From a bacterium (GTDB lineage Bacteria; UBA8248): a stretch of DNA of 64,000 bases. The translations under genes were made by a program, and so were the position numbers. This document shows, one piece after another, positions 42,545 through 57,790 of this stretch. Below the pieces are notes generated by a model, which saw only the letters and a program-made list of their open reading frames with translations, did not search any database and was not told the DNA's origin. Location: NCBI GenBank assembly GCA_965213685.1, contig CBDBZY010000041.1:256001-320000 (forward strand). The letters run 5' to 3'. Position 1 is the stretch's first letter, and every line of letters starts with the position of its first letter.

Positions 42545-42652
42545 ATCAAATCGAGAAACACTACTCCCCAGGCTGCAAATGGCCCTCAAGCCTAGAACAG
42601 TCACCCAATGTGCAGGATGCGTTTTGGCCAATAGCAGGACTCATCAGCTGCA
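42545..42652 (-). mobile_element. Degenerate repeat C copy (hammerhead core mutated, GAAA to AAAA)
   Basis: Reverse complement reads gcagctgatgagtcc...ggccaaaacgcatcctgcacattgggtgac. Confidence 0.75.
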
Positions 42653-42659
42653 ATAGTTC

Positions 42660-43105
42660 AGTGGTGTGGCAGTATTGCTTAGTGGAATGGCAGTATGGTG
42701 TCCAGTGGTATGGCAGTAGGGTAGTATGGCAGTATGGTGTCCAGTGGTATGGCAGTATGGTAGTATGGAAGTATGGTGTCCAGTGGTATGGCAGTATGGT
42801 AGAATGGCAGTATGGTGTCCAGTGGTATGGTGGTACATGGTCAGTAGTATGGTAGTCATGTTCAGTGGAATGGCAATACATCAGTAGAATGGCAGTATAG
42901 TGTTTACCAGAATGACAGTATGGCAATCAGTAGAAGGGCTATACTTCATACATACTGTACACATGTACTTTTGCACTAGAAATGGCACTACAGTGTTCAA
43001 CAGAATGGCAGTACAGTATTCAGCGGAATGGCAGTATGGAGTTCAGCAGAATGGCAGTATGGAGTTCAGTGGAATGGCATACAGTATTCAGTGGAATGCC
43101 AGTTG
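42660..43105. repeat. Degenerate minisatellite with a tggcagta core
   Basis: Directly visible. Confidence 0.8.
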
Positions 43106-43616
43106 ACCATACATTGTACTGAAGTCATACACACTCCCATGCTGCCATTCCATGTCACATTGAAGTAATGATGGCTTACGCGTCAATTTCTTGAACTTCA
43201 CAAGCAATTACTCCCATAATTACATAATATTGGGTGAATCCAATTAAGAATTCCGGGAGTCATACTTTCATAATCATCGAAACCCTAACCATTCAAGATG
43301 GAATGTGTACGCACATGTAGCTGAAATCACACGTACTATATTTAGAAGCAGCGTACAAATCTGATGAAGTGAGATACGTACAAGAGAGACAGCAGGGCAA
43401 GCCGACAGCACCCTCGACGACACGTGTGTCCCATGCAGGCAGCTGGTCCGTCCATTGAGGGACCGAGGTCACACCTTGGCCAGGCCAACTGGCATGAATG
43501 GACTGGCATCGGATAAGGGAAAGCTTCCAGGGAAACAATGAGAGCAAGTATGTACATTTTGGGACTGGGTGAAAGTGGTCATGTAACATGATATAAGAGG
43601 TACCTGACGGTGCATT

Positions 43617-46502
<2,886 letters not shown>

Positions 46503-46535
46503 ATATTGCTGGGGTGATCAAGTACAGCAAACACA

Positions 46536-46634
<99 letters not shown>

Positions 46635-47279
46635 CCCTGGAACACTCACACACACGGCCCTGGAATACTCCAGAAGGCACTCACACATACATAATTACTT
46701 CATTAGCCACATCTGTACGACTGCAACACAGCCCATTCATGGCGGGCAGACTGCAGCCTCCGGCAGTAATGGAGTGCCGTACATGTGGCAGGGATCTGCC
46801 ATTCACTGCGCATCATGCTGATGGCTACCTCCACAAGTAATGGTTTGCTGTATTGAGTTGAAGCCCGAGGGCCTATCACAGCCTAGTGCTGTAGGTCTTA
46901 TATACATATATACACAATGTGCATGTATATACATGCATTTTCTAGGAATCTAGGTGTTCTATGGAAAGCAGTTTACAATGTAGGGATTCTTAGATTGTGG
47001 GCCAGTCTATTGAATGGTGCGCAATCTGTAGAATATGCACGATGCTCTATAGAATGCGTAGATTCCTAGTGTGCGCATAACATACAGCACATGTACACCC
47101 AGCCACTTAGGCAATGGGTACCCGCTATTGGGTGACTGTTTCATTCCTATGTGTACATGTACATGTACATGTACATGTACATGTACATGTACATGTACAT
47201 GTACATGCAGGCCTGAGGGCTGTTTGTGGCCCAGGGGGCTGTGGTTCTTGATCTACTCCCGTACATGACTAAATAATGG

Positions 47280-47530
47280 AGACACAATAAACAAAGCAAG
47301 GCAACACAACACCACCACCTGAGACGGCTCACTTTCTCTTCTTTTCAAAGAAAAAGTGAGCTGCCCCAGGTGGGATTCGAACCCACATCACTGTGTCTCT
47401 AGACCAGTGCTCTGTCCACTAAGCTACCGAGGCAGCTCAGTGGTTGTGGGTCGAATTAGGCAACGAAAGAATACAATACCAAGCAAGGCAAGTATCTCTA
47501 AACTGCCTGATAAACAGGGAAACTCTAACT
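47280..47530 (-). mobile_element. Family A (subfamily 2) tRNA-derived repeat; relatives at about 3885-3997 (+), 48165-48222 and 50020-50210
   Basis: gagctgccccaggtgggattcgaacccac..tctagaccagtgctct..ctaagctaccgaggcagctcag. Confidence 0.75.
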
Positions 47531-47692
47531 TAGCATGCACATGCATACTGCATGTGTATAGATGACCTTTCACTTGGTTGTCTCCCTACATGCTGTCTGC
47601 AATATGAGACTGCTTGAGTGTACATAGACAGATGCACTATCACATGGACATATGTACATGAGGAAAATATTTTTAGAGAACTGTGAAAAACC

Positions 47693-47765
47693 GGCAGCCA
47701 CCCGAGATTGAACCAGGGGCCTCTGACTTTAGCTGTCAGTGCTCTACCACCTGAGCTATGGCCAC
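47693..47765 (-). ncRNA. tRNA-like cloverleaf (family B); element spans about 47660-47840
   Basis: Same cloverleaf with two G:U pairs in the T stem; longest 5' leader of the four copies. Confidence 0.7.
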
Positions 47766-48704
47766 CGGGTGACAGCCAGCCCTCACAATTCTCAATATCA
47801 CTCTGTATGTGCCGTCAGAATCCCACTAGGGATCGACCTGTACGTACATGTGGACATACGTATGTACAGTGTACATGTACAGTGTGTCAAAGGCAAGGCA
47901 ATTCAGCTGCACCTGATCCTGAGACAATTGAAGGGCTGAGAACCAAAGTGTTCTAAGCCACAATCTTGACTTTAACCCCCCTAGAACTGGGAGTCTTGGC
48001 AAAATGCATTTCAGAATATTCTGCACTTCAGGTTTTTAAAAACTGAAAACATTACTTCAAAGGGGTCCTGTGATTTTTAATGCATTTTTAAGCATTTCAG
48101 CTCATTCCCCACACTTTTTGTTGGGATAGCCCACTCTGGTTCTCAGCCATTCAATTCAAAAGAAGAAGTGAGCCACCTCAGGTGGGACTCAACCCATGTC
48201 ACTGTGACTGCTGGACCAGTGTTGAACATGTACATGCAGCCAGAGCTGGGTACTGTATGTAGCCAGAATATTAGAGGACGGTACAGGGTTCATGAGGAGG
48301 GCATGTGAATTCAGCTGTCCAGTTTGCTAACATACACAGTACAGTATCCGCAGAGTGGGCAGATCACTTCACAAATTAACTGTCCAGTTTATAACATATT
48401 CATATATATGTACCTAGCTAGATCAGTTAGAGGATAGTATCATGTTCATAAAGGGGGCAGACCAGTCTGTAAGTTACATGTAACTGTAACCGTCCAGTTT
48501 ATTAACATGTTTTCCATTGCAATACTCTGAGTCAACAGTGCAGCAGACGCTTGAGAACAAAGGAATGGAGTAACAAGCAGTCAGCAGGCTATTGTCTCTC
48601 CCTCCCGCCTCCCCCATAGAGCGTAGTACACACACACACAGTGGAGTGGAGTAGGGGAGGCCATACTCGTGTGGTGACCTTGAGCTGGGCAGACACATGC
48701 ACAC

Positions 48705-48922
48705 ATACCCCAGTCACCCCAGCGCAGCTGATGAGGCATGGCATACCGGCCATAGGCTAAGCCGTGTGACTGTGAAGGCCTAACTATGAGGCCAGTTGCC
48801 TGTGTTGCACATGACGTGTGATACCCACACTCCCGGTCACCCCAGCGCAGCTGATGAGGCCTGGTATTGGTTGAAATGCGTCCTGCACATCGGGCGACTG
48901 TTTCCCACCTAGGCCTGAGGAC
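48705..48922 (+). mobile_element. Repeat C: truncated copy (about 48711) in tandem with a full hammerhead copy (48836-48898)
   Basis: gtcaccccagcgcagctgatgaggc occurs twice about 125 bp apart. Confidence 0.8.
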
Positions 48923-48927
48923 TGCTC

Positions 48928-49082
48928 AGTGTACCACAAAGTGCAATTCCTCTTTCATAAGTAATTCCACGAAAGTAATCAACAGTTTACATACCATCCA
49001 CCGAGCCTGTTCCCTAGACAGCTTTGATTTTAGTACCCTTTATACCAATATCCCCCATAATCTACTAAGTGCATGCATTTAA
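48928..49082 (+). pseudogene. Penelope-like element reverse transcriptase fragment
   Basis: FISNSTKVINSLHTIHRACSLDSFDFSTLYTNIPHNLL; SFDFSTLYTNIPH is the PLE-type RT motif around the first catalytic Asp; truncated on both sides. Confidence 0.85.
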
Positions 49083-49264
49083 ACAGTGCATTATGATGCC
49101 CACATTGCCACTGGCTGCATGCATGTATGAAAGCCAATGGCATTGGGCCCAAGGCAAAGGCTAAGACTGAGTGGGCTGCGCCTGGGCTGTGGGCTGTGGA
49201 AAGTAGGGGCTCTCAGGCACGGGATCAATCCACTACGTACGCGTACCATTGGCATGAGCTGTAT

Positions 49265-49495
49265 TCACTTATATAAGCACTATAAATAGAGAGAAAGAAA
49301 CAAACAAACATATTACACACACAGGCAACATATTGTACACACAAACAACAGCTTCGCCAGCTTAGAAATATAGACTCTCAGCCTCAGTGGCTTAGAAAAA
49401 TAAGTAACAGCTTCAATGGCTTAGAGCAATCTCCAACCTCAGTGGCTTAGAAAAATAGAATATATTCACAGCCTCTACAGCTTAGAACATGTACA
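49265..49495. repeat. Dispersed repeat E with ~28-bp subrepeats (cagcctcagtggcttagaaaaata); relatives at about 10420-10560, 12340-12460, 24518-25270, 25377-25560, 25900-26000, 26600-26700, 29400-29530 and 32500-32605
   Basis: Shared cacttatataagcactataaat or gtgcatagtgcaccac heads, A/G-rich tract and ggcttagaaaaa subrepeats. Confidence 0.7.
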
Positions 49496-50019
49496 TCTGA
49501 ACACCATGCAGCGCCTTTAACACACATTAATTACAGAAATGGACAGATACGTAGACGGCACCAACATGACTCCAATAGAAACATTAATGCATGGATCTCC
49601 ATCCATCAATACCCTCATTCATTCATTCACTCATACAGTCATTCACTCATACCCCCCACCCAATTCAACAGTCTCCATTCAAATGTACACGTGGTTATGG
49701 GAGCACTCCCTGTAGCAACACCTGCCGGCCTTCAGGCAGAGAGCTGATAGGGAGACAAATTATTCCAAAAAATTTGTGGGGTTATCTACAAAATTTGCAC
49801 CCACACAGACGACCCAACAGATTAATAGATCAATACTCTAGATGGAATGGGGGTGGAGGAATATTGTGAGAAAAATGTCCCCCTTTCCTCCCTCCCCCCT
49901 CCCCCCTCCCCCCTCCCCCTCCCCCTCCCCCCTCCCTAAATGAAACCTTGTGAACTCAAGTCATCAAAGACCAGGCAATGCAAAAGCACTACATGATGAA
50001 ATCTATGAGACCTATTCAA

Positions 50020-50392
50020 TACAAAGCAAGGCAACACAACACCACCACCGCCTGAGATGGCTCACTTCTTCCCTTTGAAAGAAAAAGAAGAGCTGCCTCA
50101 GGTGGGATTCGAACCCACGCACCTCTGTTCTCTAGACGAGGGCTCTACCACTAAGCTACCAAGTGATTGTGGGTCAAATTAGACAATACAAGGCAAGGCA
50201 AGACGTCTCTACCATGTACATCTGCTATTCTTCATGTTGAAACAACATGAGCTGCCTCAGGCGGGACTTGAACCCGCAACATACTGCATACCAGGCAGGT
50301 GCTCTACCAACTGAGCCACCGAGGCAGCTCAGCTGGGCAGGCCGAATCTTTGAAGGTTACCGAAGTGCAAATACATCTCTCTCTCTCCTGAT
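50020..50392 (-). mobile_element. Two adjacent family A copies (subfamily 2 at 50020-50210, subfamily 1 at 50249-50392)
   Basis: Two gagctgcctcagg(t/c)ggga..gaacc B-box segments, each with an A box. Confidence 0.75.
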
Positions 50393-50891
50393 CATGATAC
50401 ACAGCTCACTCTATCTCCCCTCTCCCACCAAACTTTAGAGTGCCCCCCTCCTACCAAACTTTAGAGCCCCCCCTTCCACCAAATTTTAGAGTCCCCCCCC
50501 TTCCACCAAACTTTAGAGTCCCCCCCCCCATCAAACCATGGATTCCCCCTCCCCCCTCCCACAAACTCAAAGCCCCCTACTAGCCTCTGCTATGGCCACT
50601 TCCTGTGCCCTGCTGAGCGATGGCATTAGCCTGTTGGCCTGAGGCTGCTTATGTTACGGGATAGCAGGACCGGCCCTTAGAGGGCATCACACACAACACA
50701 CACATGACAGGACTCCCTGTGCTGAGCTACCACAATGACTCCCTGCTAGCCACACTGAATGGCCATATGCACAACTGTGTGCATTCAGTGAATGGAGAGA
50801 AGTAGAGTGTGTGTATGTCTTGAACATCTTTGTCCTATATGGGATAACGGGGGGGAGGGGGGAGGGGGGAGGGGGGAGGGGTGGCTTGGAC

Positions 50892-50944
<53 letters not shown>

Positions 50945-52130
50945 TTGCGATACAAGTTTGTTCCTTAGCGAAAGGTTCAGTGTGTGATGCAATGAACTTC
51001 TTGTACAATGGGATGCCTATGGATGATGCAATATGACATCAGACTGATTCTTTGATAAACATGATGTAATGTGGCTTTGTTGTCCAATGGGATGACTCCT
51101 TTGTTGGATGGAATGTGCTTCAATGGCACAGGAACAAAGGCACTCCTAATTAGGGGGGAACTCTATCATTGTTGCCAGTAATCAGGTCTTGTACTTGATA
51201 GGCTATGAAAACACACCCAAACAGTTGTATTATGTAACATTATGCAATGCACATCCCATAGAACTGAAAATGGATGGTCCAGTGTTATCAGTTACATGTA
51301 GGTCCTATTCATCAGTGGAATACAGTAAATTTGACAATGAATTTGTGGTAGGCTACCCCCCAGGGGGAGAGGGGGGGGGGGAGGGAGAGGAGGGAGGGGG
51401 AGGGGGGAGGGGGGGAGGGAGGGAGGGCGGAATGGGATGGAGGGTGGGAGTGTGGAAGTTGGGGCATGTGAAAAAAAGGGTGAGAGGGAAAGGGAGGGAG
51501 GGAGGGTGGAAGGGTGGGAGAGGGAGATTGGAAGGGAGGGTGGGAAGAAGGGTGGAAGGGAGGGAGGGAGGGAGGGAGGGTGGGAGGGCAGGAGGAGGGA
51601 GGGTAGAGGGGGGGGGGGAATAAGGAGGGAGGAGGGGGGAGAGGAGGAGGTGAGGAGGGACTATTGGACATCAAAGGACCAGACATGTTTACCACCAGTC
51701 TTCCTTCAAAGGAGGGAACTGATGATAGTAACCATGGCTACAACAACCATGGCAACCAAAACACCTGTTAGGAGTTCGGAACGGGAGGTGAATATGATTT
51801 CACGTGAGCAATTAATGATACAAAGTGCTCCACTTTTGTGGGAGCGAATTATGTACAAAGAAGCCTGGGGGAAGGGATGGGAGGAGGGAAGGGAGGGAAG
51901 GGGGAGGGGGAAGGGGGAGGGAGAGGTGGGGGAGGGTGGAAGTGTGTAGCTGCCAGGAGGCTGTTGTGGCATTGAGTGAGCCATTGAGGCTCCATCCTTG
52001 CTTATTTTCCCTCCTTTGTCTTACAATGGTGTAGTTTACCTTTGTCCTCTATAGAGTACTGCACTGCCTGCCTTTTCATGTGCACATACAGTACAGGTAT
52101 ATAGATTGTATTGCATGCACACACACGCGT

Positions 52131-52378
<248 letters not shown>

Positions 52379-52649
52379 TGGTGTTCCACAATTACGAAAG
52401 GGAAATGACTATAACCACATACCCACACCATCTTCCTGCGAAACCCAGCTATTGCCATAGTTACACTGTCACCATAGAAGCCCAGTAATTAACTCTGGTA
52501 CACCTTATTGTTAAGCAAAAACACGTCTTCCTGGGCAAACCACCACCGTAGATTATTAGAATCTCCAGGTTTGCCTAATGAAGCGCACAGCTGCCTATGC
52601 ATGTACATGTAAAGGTTTGGAAAATAGCTTTCCTCATGTACATGTACAT

Positions 52650-52750
52650 GGTATTGGCCAAAATGCGTCAGGTGACTGTTTAGCATCTAGGCCTGAGGGC
52701 CATTTGTGGCCTTGGGAGTTGTAGTTCTTGATGTATTCCTGTACATGTAC
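52650..52750 (+). mobile_element. Repeat C 3' fragment
   Basis: gtattggcca...ggtgactgtttagcatctaggcctgagggcc...gggagttgtagttcttg; a similar fragment at 47127-47267 is split by a (TACATG)n expansion. Confidence 0.7.
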
Positions 52751-52775
52751 ATGTCTACTCGTGTGTAGCATCCTA

Positions 52776-53032
52776 AGATTCGGCCTGCCCAGCTGGGTTG
52801 TGCCGGTAGCTCAGCTGGCAGAGCATCTGTAGCCTCGTTCCCAGGCCCTCTCCCCTAGCGCACTTACGCGGTCAAAGGTCATATGCGTGCGCTAGGGGGA
52901 GAGCCTGGGAACGAGGCTAGAGCATCTGCCTAGTATGGCAAATGTCGTGGTTCGAGTCCCGCCTGAGGCAGCCAATTTTTCTCATAGAAGAGAAGCTATT
53001 CTCAGTAGTTGCCCTGTATTGCTCTGTCTCTA
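52776..53032 (+). mobile_element. Family A copy interrupted by a MITE
   Basis: ggtagctcagctggcagagcatctg [MITE] gagcatctgcctagtat..ggttcgagtcccgcctgaggcagc. Confidence 0.8.
52830..52919. mobile_element. MITE (TAGCCTCGTTCCCAGGC TIR) with 9-bp TSD GAGCATCTG, Mutator-like
   Basis: Near-perfect hairpin; exact 9-bp duplication at 52821-52829 and 52920-52928. Confidence 0.9.
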
Positions 53033-53394
53033 TGGGAACAATCATGTTGCCCTGTATTTACCATACATGATCTACAGTACATATAATTGTTGCCATGGCA
53101 ACAAATGGATATAGTAAGTACTACATGTCCTTCCCACACAATAGATCCTGTGCCAGTGAGTCTGGGGCTGCTGTGCATATCATGTCTGGGGGGCTGCTGT
53201 GCATATTATGTCTGGGGGGCTGCTGTGCATATTATGTCTGTGGGCTGCTGTGCATATCATGCTGCGTCAGATACACAAGGCAATATGTTTGTATACTGCA
53301 CATACAGTGATGTACATGGTACCATCGAGGTAGCGTTAGTCGCTCTGAAGAGGAAGCTTATTAACTGAAGAAGATGAGCATGACTATAAGCTAC

Positions 53395-53598
53395 CAAGCT
53401 GTGTGACTGTGAAGACTTAAGGCCAGTCATCTGTGTTGCACGTGCATGACGTGTGATACCCACACTCCCGGTCACCCCAGCGCTGCTGATGAGGTCTGGT
53501 ATTGGCCGAAACGTGTCCTGTGCATTGGGTGACTGTTTAACATCTAGGCCTGAGGGCCGTTGGCGGCCTAGGAAGTTGTGGTTCTCGATTTATTCATG
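53395..53598 (+). mobile_element. Repeat C copy with hammerhead (53471-53533)
   Basis: CTGATGAGGTC..GGCCGAAACGTGTC; shares the 5' extension with the 48760 and 38385 copies. Confidence 0.85.
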
Positions 53599-53609
53599 TG
53601 TGTGTGCAT

Positions 53610-53691
<82 letters not shown>

Positions 53692-54059
53692 GTGCATGTG
53701 CATGTGCGTGTGAGCACAGTGCCCCAACAAAGGCACGTCAGGTGTGTATGGTATGCAGGAAAGCAATGCCATCCCATATCAGAAGTAACCACAAAGCCAA
53801 GAATCTAAAAACAACTTGGGATGATACCATTAGGGTAACTTCCCTATGAATACCTACACATAAATGTGCTTGTGTTTGAACAAGTGTGTATGTGAAGTAT
53901 GCCTATATGTGTACACATGTGTATGTGCGTGTGTGCGCGTGTGTGTGTGTGTACGTGATATGTATGTTGAGGTATCCCATGTTGCATAACTGCCTGAGGC
54001 CAAGATACTAATAAGGCTTGTGATTAGCTCAACTTTCATTGCATGTTTGTGGGGTATCA

Positions 54060-54195
<136 letters not shown>

Positions 54196-54202
54196 GAATC
54201 CT

Positions 54203-54238
<36 letters not shown>

Positions 54239-54321
54239 CCTCCCTCCCTCCCTCCCTCCCTCTCTCAGCCCCTCCCCTCCCTCTTTCCCACCCACTAACC
54301 ACCACTACACTACAACTGGTC

Positions 54322-54456
54322 TAGCCTCGTCCCTAGGCTCTTCCCCGCACGATGTTGATGCATGACCTTTGAACTCGTAACATTGCTATCCTAAGTCACG
54401 GGGGTCAAAGGTCGCGCATAACAATTGCTTGAGCAGAGGGCATGGGAACGAGGCTA
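54322..54456. mobile_element. Same MITE family, 9-bp TSD CAACTGGTC
   Basis: tagcctcgtccc...gggaacgaggcta flanked by caactggtc on both sides. Confidence 0.88.
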
Positions 54457-54889
54457 CAACTGGTCATAGTGACCACACATGACACATACACCTGTACCAC
54501 CACTACACATGACAACCGCAAACAGTATTGGCCACTAGTTAACACCGCCTCAGCAACCAGCCAGAGATTGACCGGTTGATTGGTTAACTAGACAAGAGAA
54601 CGGAACCAATTGAGAGGTTAGTATGGTCATGGGGGAGGGAGGAATGAGGGAGGGAGAGGGAGAGGGAGTCTGGGAGGGAGGGAGGGAGGTGTACTAGTGA
54701 TGCATGGCCTTAGCAACCAGCCAGAGAGGTAATTGGTAACAAATAGAGATGACAGAATGAGTTCCGTACACACATGTATATTGCATTGGAAGAGAAGAGG
54801 GAGGGAGGGAGGGAGAGAAGGAGGGAGGGAGAGGAAAGGAGGGAGGGAGGGAGGGAGGGAGGGAGAGGGTGGGGAAAGGGGTAGAAAGA

Positions 54890-55810
54890 CAAGCAGCTGT
54901 GGACATTTATATACAGTGACATGGTGGGAAGGAAGGGAAGGGGGAGGGGGGAAGGAAGTGAGGGAGGGAGGGGGAAGGGAGGGGGAGGGGAGGAGGAAAG
55001 GAAGAAAAGACAGGCAGCTGCACACATACAACACTCACTCCTGTCTGTGAAACTACCAGTCAAGCGGTAAACCATTAGGCTGGGACCAGTCTTTTGGAAT
55101 GGACACTCTAATTATCAATTAGGCTGTTAATTACAGGGTCATTTCATACACTTGCATGTACATGTACACTGAAAGGATCAAAGAGAGGGGGTGAGGGTGA
55201 GGAAGAGGGTAGGAGGGATGGGAAGGAAGGAGGGAAGGAGGGAAGGAAGGAGGGAAGGAAGGAAGGAAGGTAGGAAGGGAGAGAGAGGGAGAGAGAGGGA
55301 GAGAGAGGGAGAGAGAGGGAGAGAGAGGGAGAGAGGGGGAGAAGGAGGCAGAGGGAGGAACGAAAGAAAGAGAAAGGGAGAGGCAAGGGGGGAAGGGTGG
55401 GAGAGGGGGAGGGAGGTAGGTAAGGGGAGGAAGAAAGGAAGAAAAGCCAGGCAGCTGCACACATACAACACTCACTCCTGTCTGTGAAACTACAGTCAAG
55501 CAGTTAACCATTAGGCTGGGACCAGCCTTTTGGAATGGACACTCTAATTAGCAATTAGGCTGTTAATTACAGGGTCATTTCGCACACTTGGATGTACACT
55601 GAAAGGGTCAAAGAGAGGGAGTGAGGGTGAGGAATGGGGAAGGAGGGATGGGAGGGAAGGAGGGAAGGAAGGAAGGGAGAAAGAGAGGGAAGGGAGAGGG
55701 AGAGAGAGAGAAGGGAAGGAGGGAGGAGGGAGAGAGGGAGAAAGGGAGAGAGGGAGGGAGAGGAGGCAGAGGGAGGAACGAAAGAAGAAAGAGAAAGGAG
55801 GGGAGAGAAA
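54890..55810. repeat. Tandem duplication of an ~440-bp unit with purine-rich spacers
   Basis: ggcagctgcacacatacaacactcactcctgtctgtgaaactac at about 55013 and 55451. Confidence 0.85.
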
Positions 55811-56093
55811 GAGCGAAGTTGCTATGGCAATAATGTTGGGATTGGTCACGGGTAATCACCACGGAAACCACAACTTGTACCTACAATAAATGCCCAGGAT
55901 GATTGCCTAATTAGCAATTACAGAGAGCAAATAGCAGAGGAGGAGGAAAGGAGGGAGGGAGAGAGATTAGCAGGCAGGGACGGGGGGGAGAGAGGAGGGA
56001 AGGGTATGGATGGGGGAATTGAAGGAACAAGGCAGGGCTGGAGTGACAAGAAATTGTGAGTGAGCGTGCCTGAGGTTGGGTGCTACACATGTA

Positions 56094-56607
56094 CTGTAAA
56101 CAGTGGTTGCTAGGCGCATGCGCCTATAGATGTAAATGGTAAGGTATTATGCGCTTAAAAACGGATATGCCCTAAACAACGAGAGGTCCATATACATTCC
56201 AAAAACCACGGTTATAGTGCCTGTAAATTTACTCGCACCTGTACAGCAAGCCATGGCCTCGTATCCAGGCCCCTCTTTGTGGGAGGGGCTTGGGTATGAG
56301 GCTAGGCAAGCCAATCAGTAGCGTTCAGCTTTCGAGTGATGTACGTGGACACTACGTGTACAAAACTGTCTGGATCCATGGACTCCACTAGATTCAGCTT
56401 TTGTAGCTTTTCCGCTTAGCTGTTGGAGTCTATCCATCGTCAAGGTTGTCTGCTCTGCCGTTGTCAGCTGCTTCTGACACCTCGCGACTACGATCTGCGT
56501 ATTTATCGCATGTGCCTAATAAAAGGTTGTGGCGGATGTCTAACTATGCACTTAACAGTGAAGTATACGCTTAGCAACAAGGTGCGCCTAACAACTGGTG
56601 TTTACGG
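56094..56607. mobile_element. TA-flanked TIR element (Tc1/mariner-type MITE) with a nested ~50-bp 9-bp-TSD MITE at 56254-56304
   Basis: ta-ctgtaaacagtggttgctaggcgca ... tgcgcctaacaactggtgtttacgg-ta imperfect TIRs; CpG-rich interior; (a/g)gcaagcca flanks the inner element. Confidence 0.75.
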
Positions 56608-56885
56608 TATATTGTAAAACCCTTCACAAAACCACAGTCTTTCCAGGACCCCCCCTCATGGGTAATGTTGTACAGTGGGTGGGGAGGGAAGAGGGACTAG
56701 AGAAGTGATGAATAGGAGGAGGGAGCAATGGATTGAGGGACAGAAAAAAATTAAGCTTGAGGGTGCATGTATGTGGGCGTTAAATTGTAGAACCATTCAC
56801 AAACCACAGTCCTTCCAGGAACAGCCCCCCCTACATGTGGGTATTGCGGTACACGGAGTGGGTAGGGGAGATGAACTAGAGAAGT

Positions 56886-57021
56886 TAGCCTTGTTCCCAG
56901 GCCATTCTTGTTTTGTGTGCGTTTATTACATACGTACGAAACGTGAACGCGATCAAAAATTCAATCACGTTTTGCATGTTCTAAACACACGCAAAACAGG
57001 AAAGGCCTGGGAACGAGGCTA
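56886..57021. mobile_element. Same MITE family, TSD TAGAG(A/G)AGT
   Basis: tagccttgttcccaggcc...ggcctgggaacgaggcta; interrupts one unit of a local ~170-bp triplication. Confidence 0.85.
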
Positions 57022-57519
57022 TAGAGGAGTGATGAATAGGAGGAGGGAGTAATGGAGGGAGAGAATTGAGGGGTTAGGTGTTAAATTGTAAAACCATTCA
57101 CAAAACACAGTCTTTCCAGGAACAGGTCCCCCTCATGGATTTTGCGGTACAGGGGGTGGTCAGTGGAGATGAGTACTGCCATTGTCCGACTACCAGGCAA
57201 ACAGAGGAGAGAGTTATGGTCTTCAATGGCAGCACACCACCTGAAATCATCACCTACACAGGGCCAACCGAATGCACATGCCTCAAAGTGACTATATTTT
57301 TGCTGGGTACTAATGTTTGAAATTTTGGGGGATTGGCACAAAAACAAAATTTTGTATGTACAAACAAAAATTTTACTAGCTTGTAGTCTTCTCAACATTA
57401 CAATATTATTAAATGATCGGTCATCTCACTCATAGCAAAAACTAATACCAGTAAAGTCATAATAGTCCCAAAATCACCAAAAATGTACCTGCAAATAATA
57501 CACTGTAAATAATAATGCA

Positions 57520-57790
57520 CATGTACACGATCCGATACACATACACATGTACACTATCCGATACACATACACATGTACACTATCTGATACACATACACAT
57601 GTACACTATCTGATACACATGTACACTATCTGATACACATGTACACTATCTGATACACATACACATGTACACTATCTGATACACATGTACACTATCTGAT
57701 ACACATGTACACTATCTGATACACATACACATGTACACTATCTGATACACATGTACACTATCTCATACACATACACATGTACATGCACAC
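57520..57790. repeat. Minisatellite (tacacatgtacactatctga)n, 20/26 bp
   Basis: Directly visible. Confidence 0.92.

Noticed and set aside
57153-57320. + strand peptide YCHCPTT...TPPEIITYTGPTECTC resembling a cystine-knot (DAN / glycoprotein hormone) C-terminus near an LGR gene
   Set aside because: No N-terminal CxGxC half or signal exon was found. The final CTC comes from the ubiquitous tgcacatg motif at the edge of an apparent repeat (cf. 8681), and a better-spliced reading exists on the opposite strand. A profile search would settle it.
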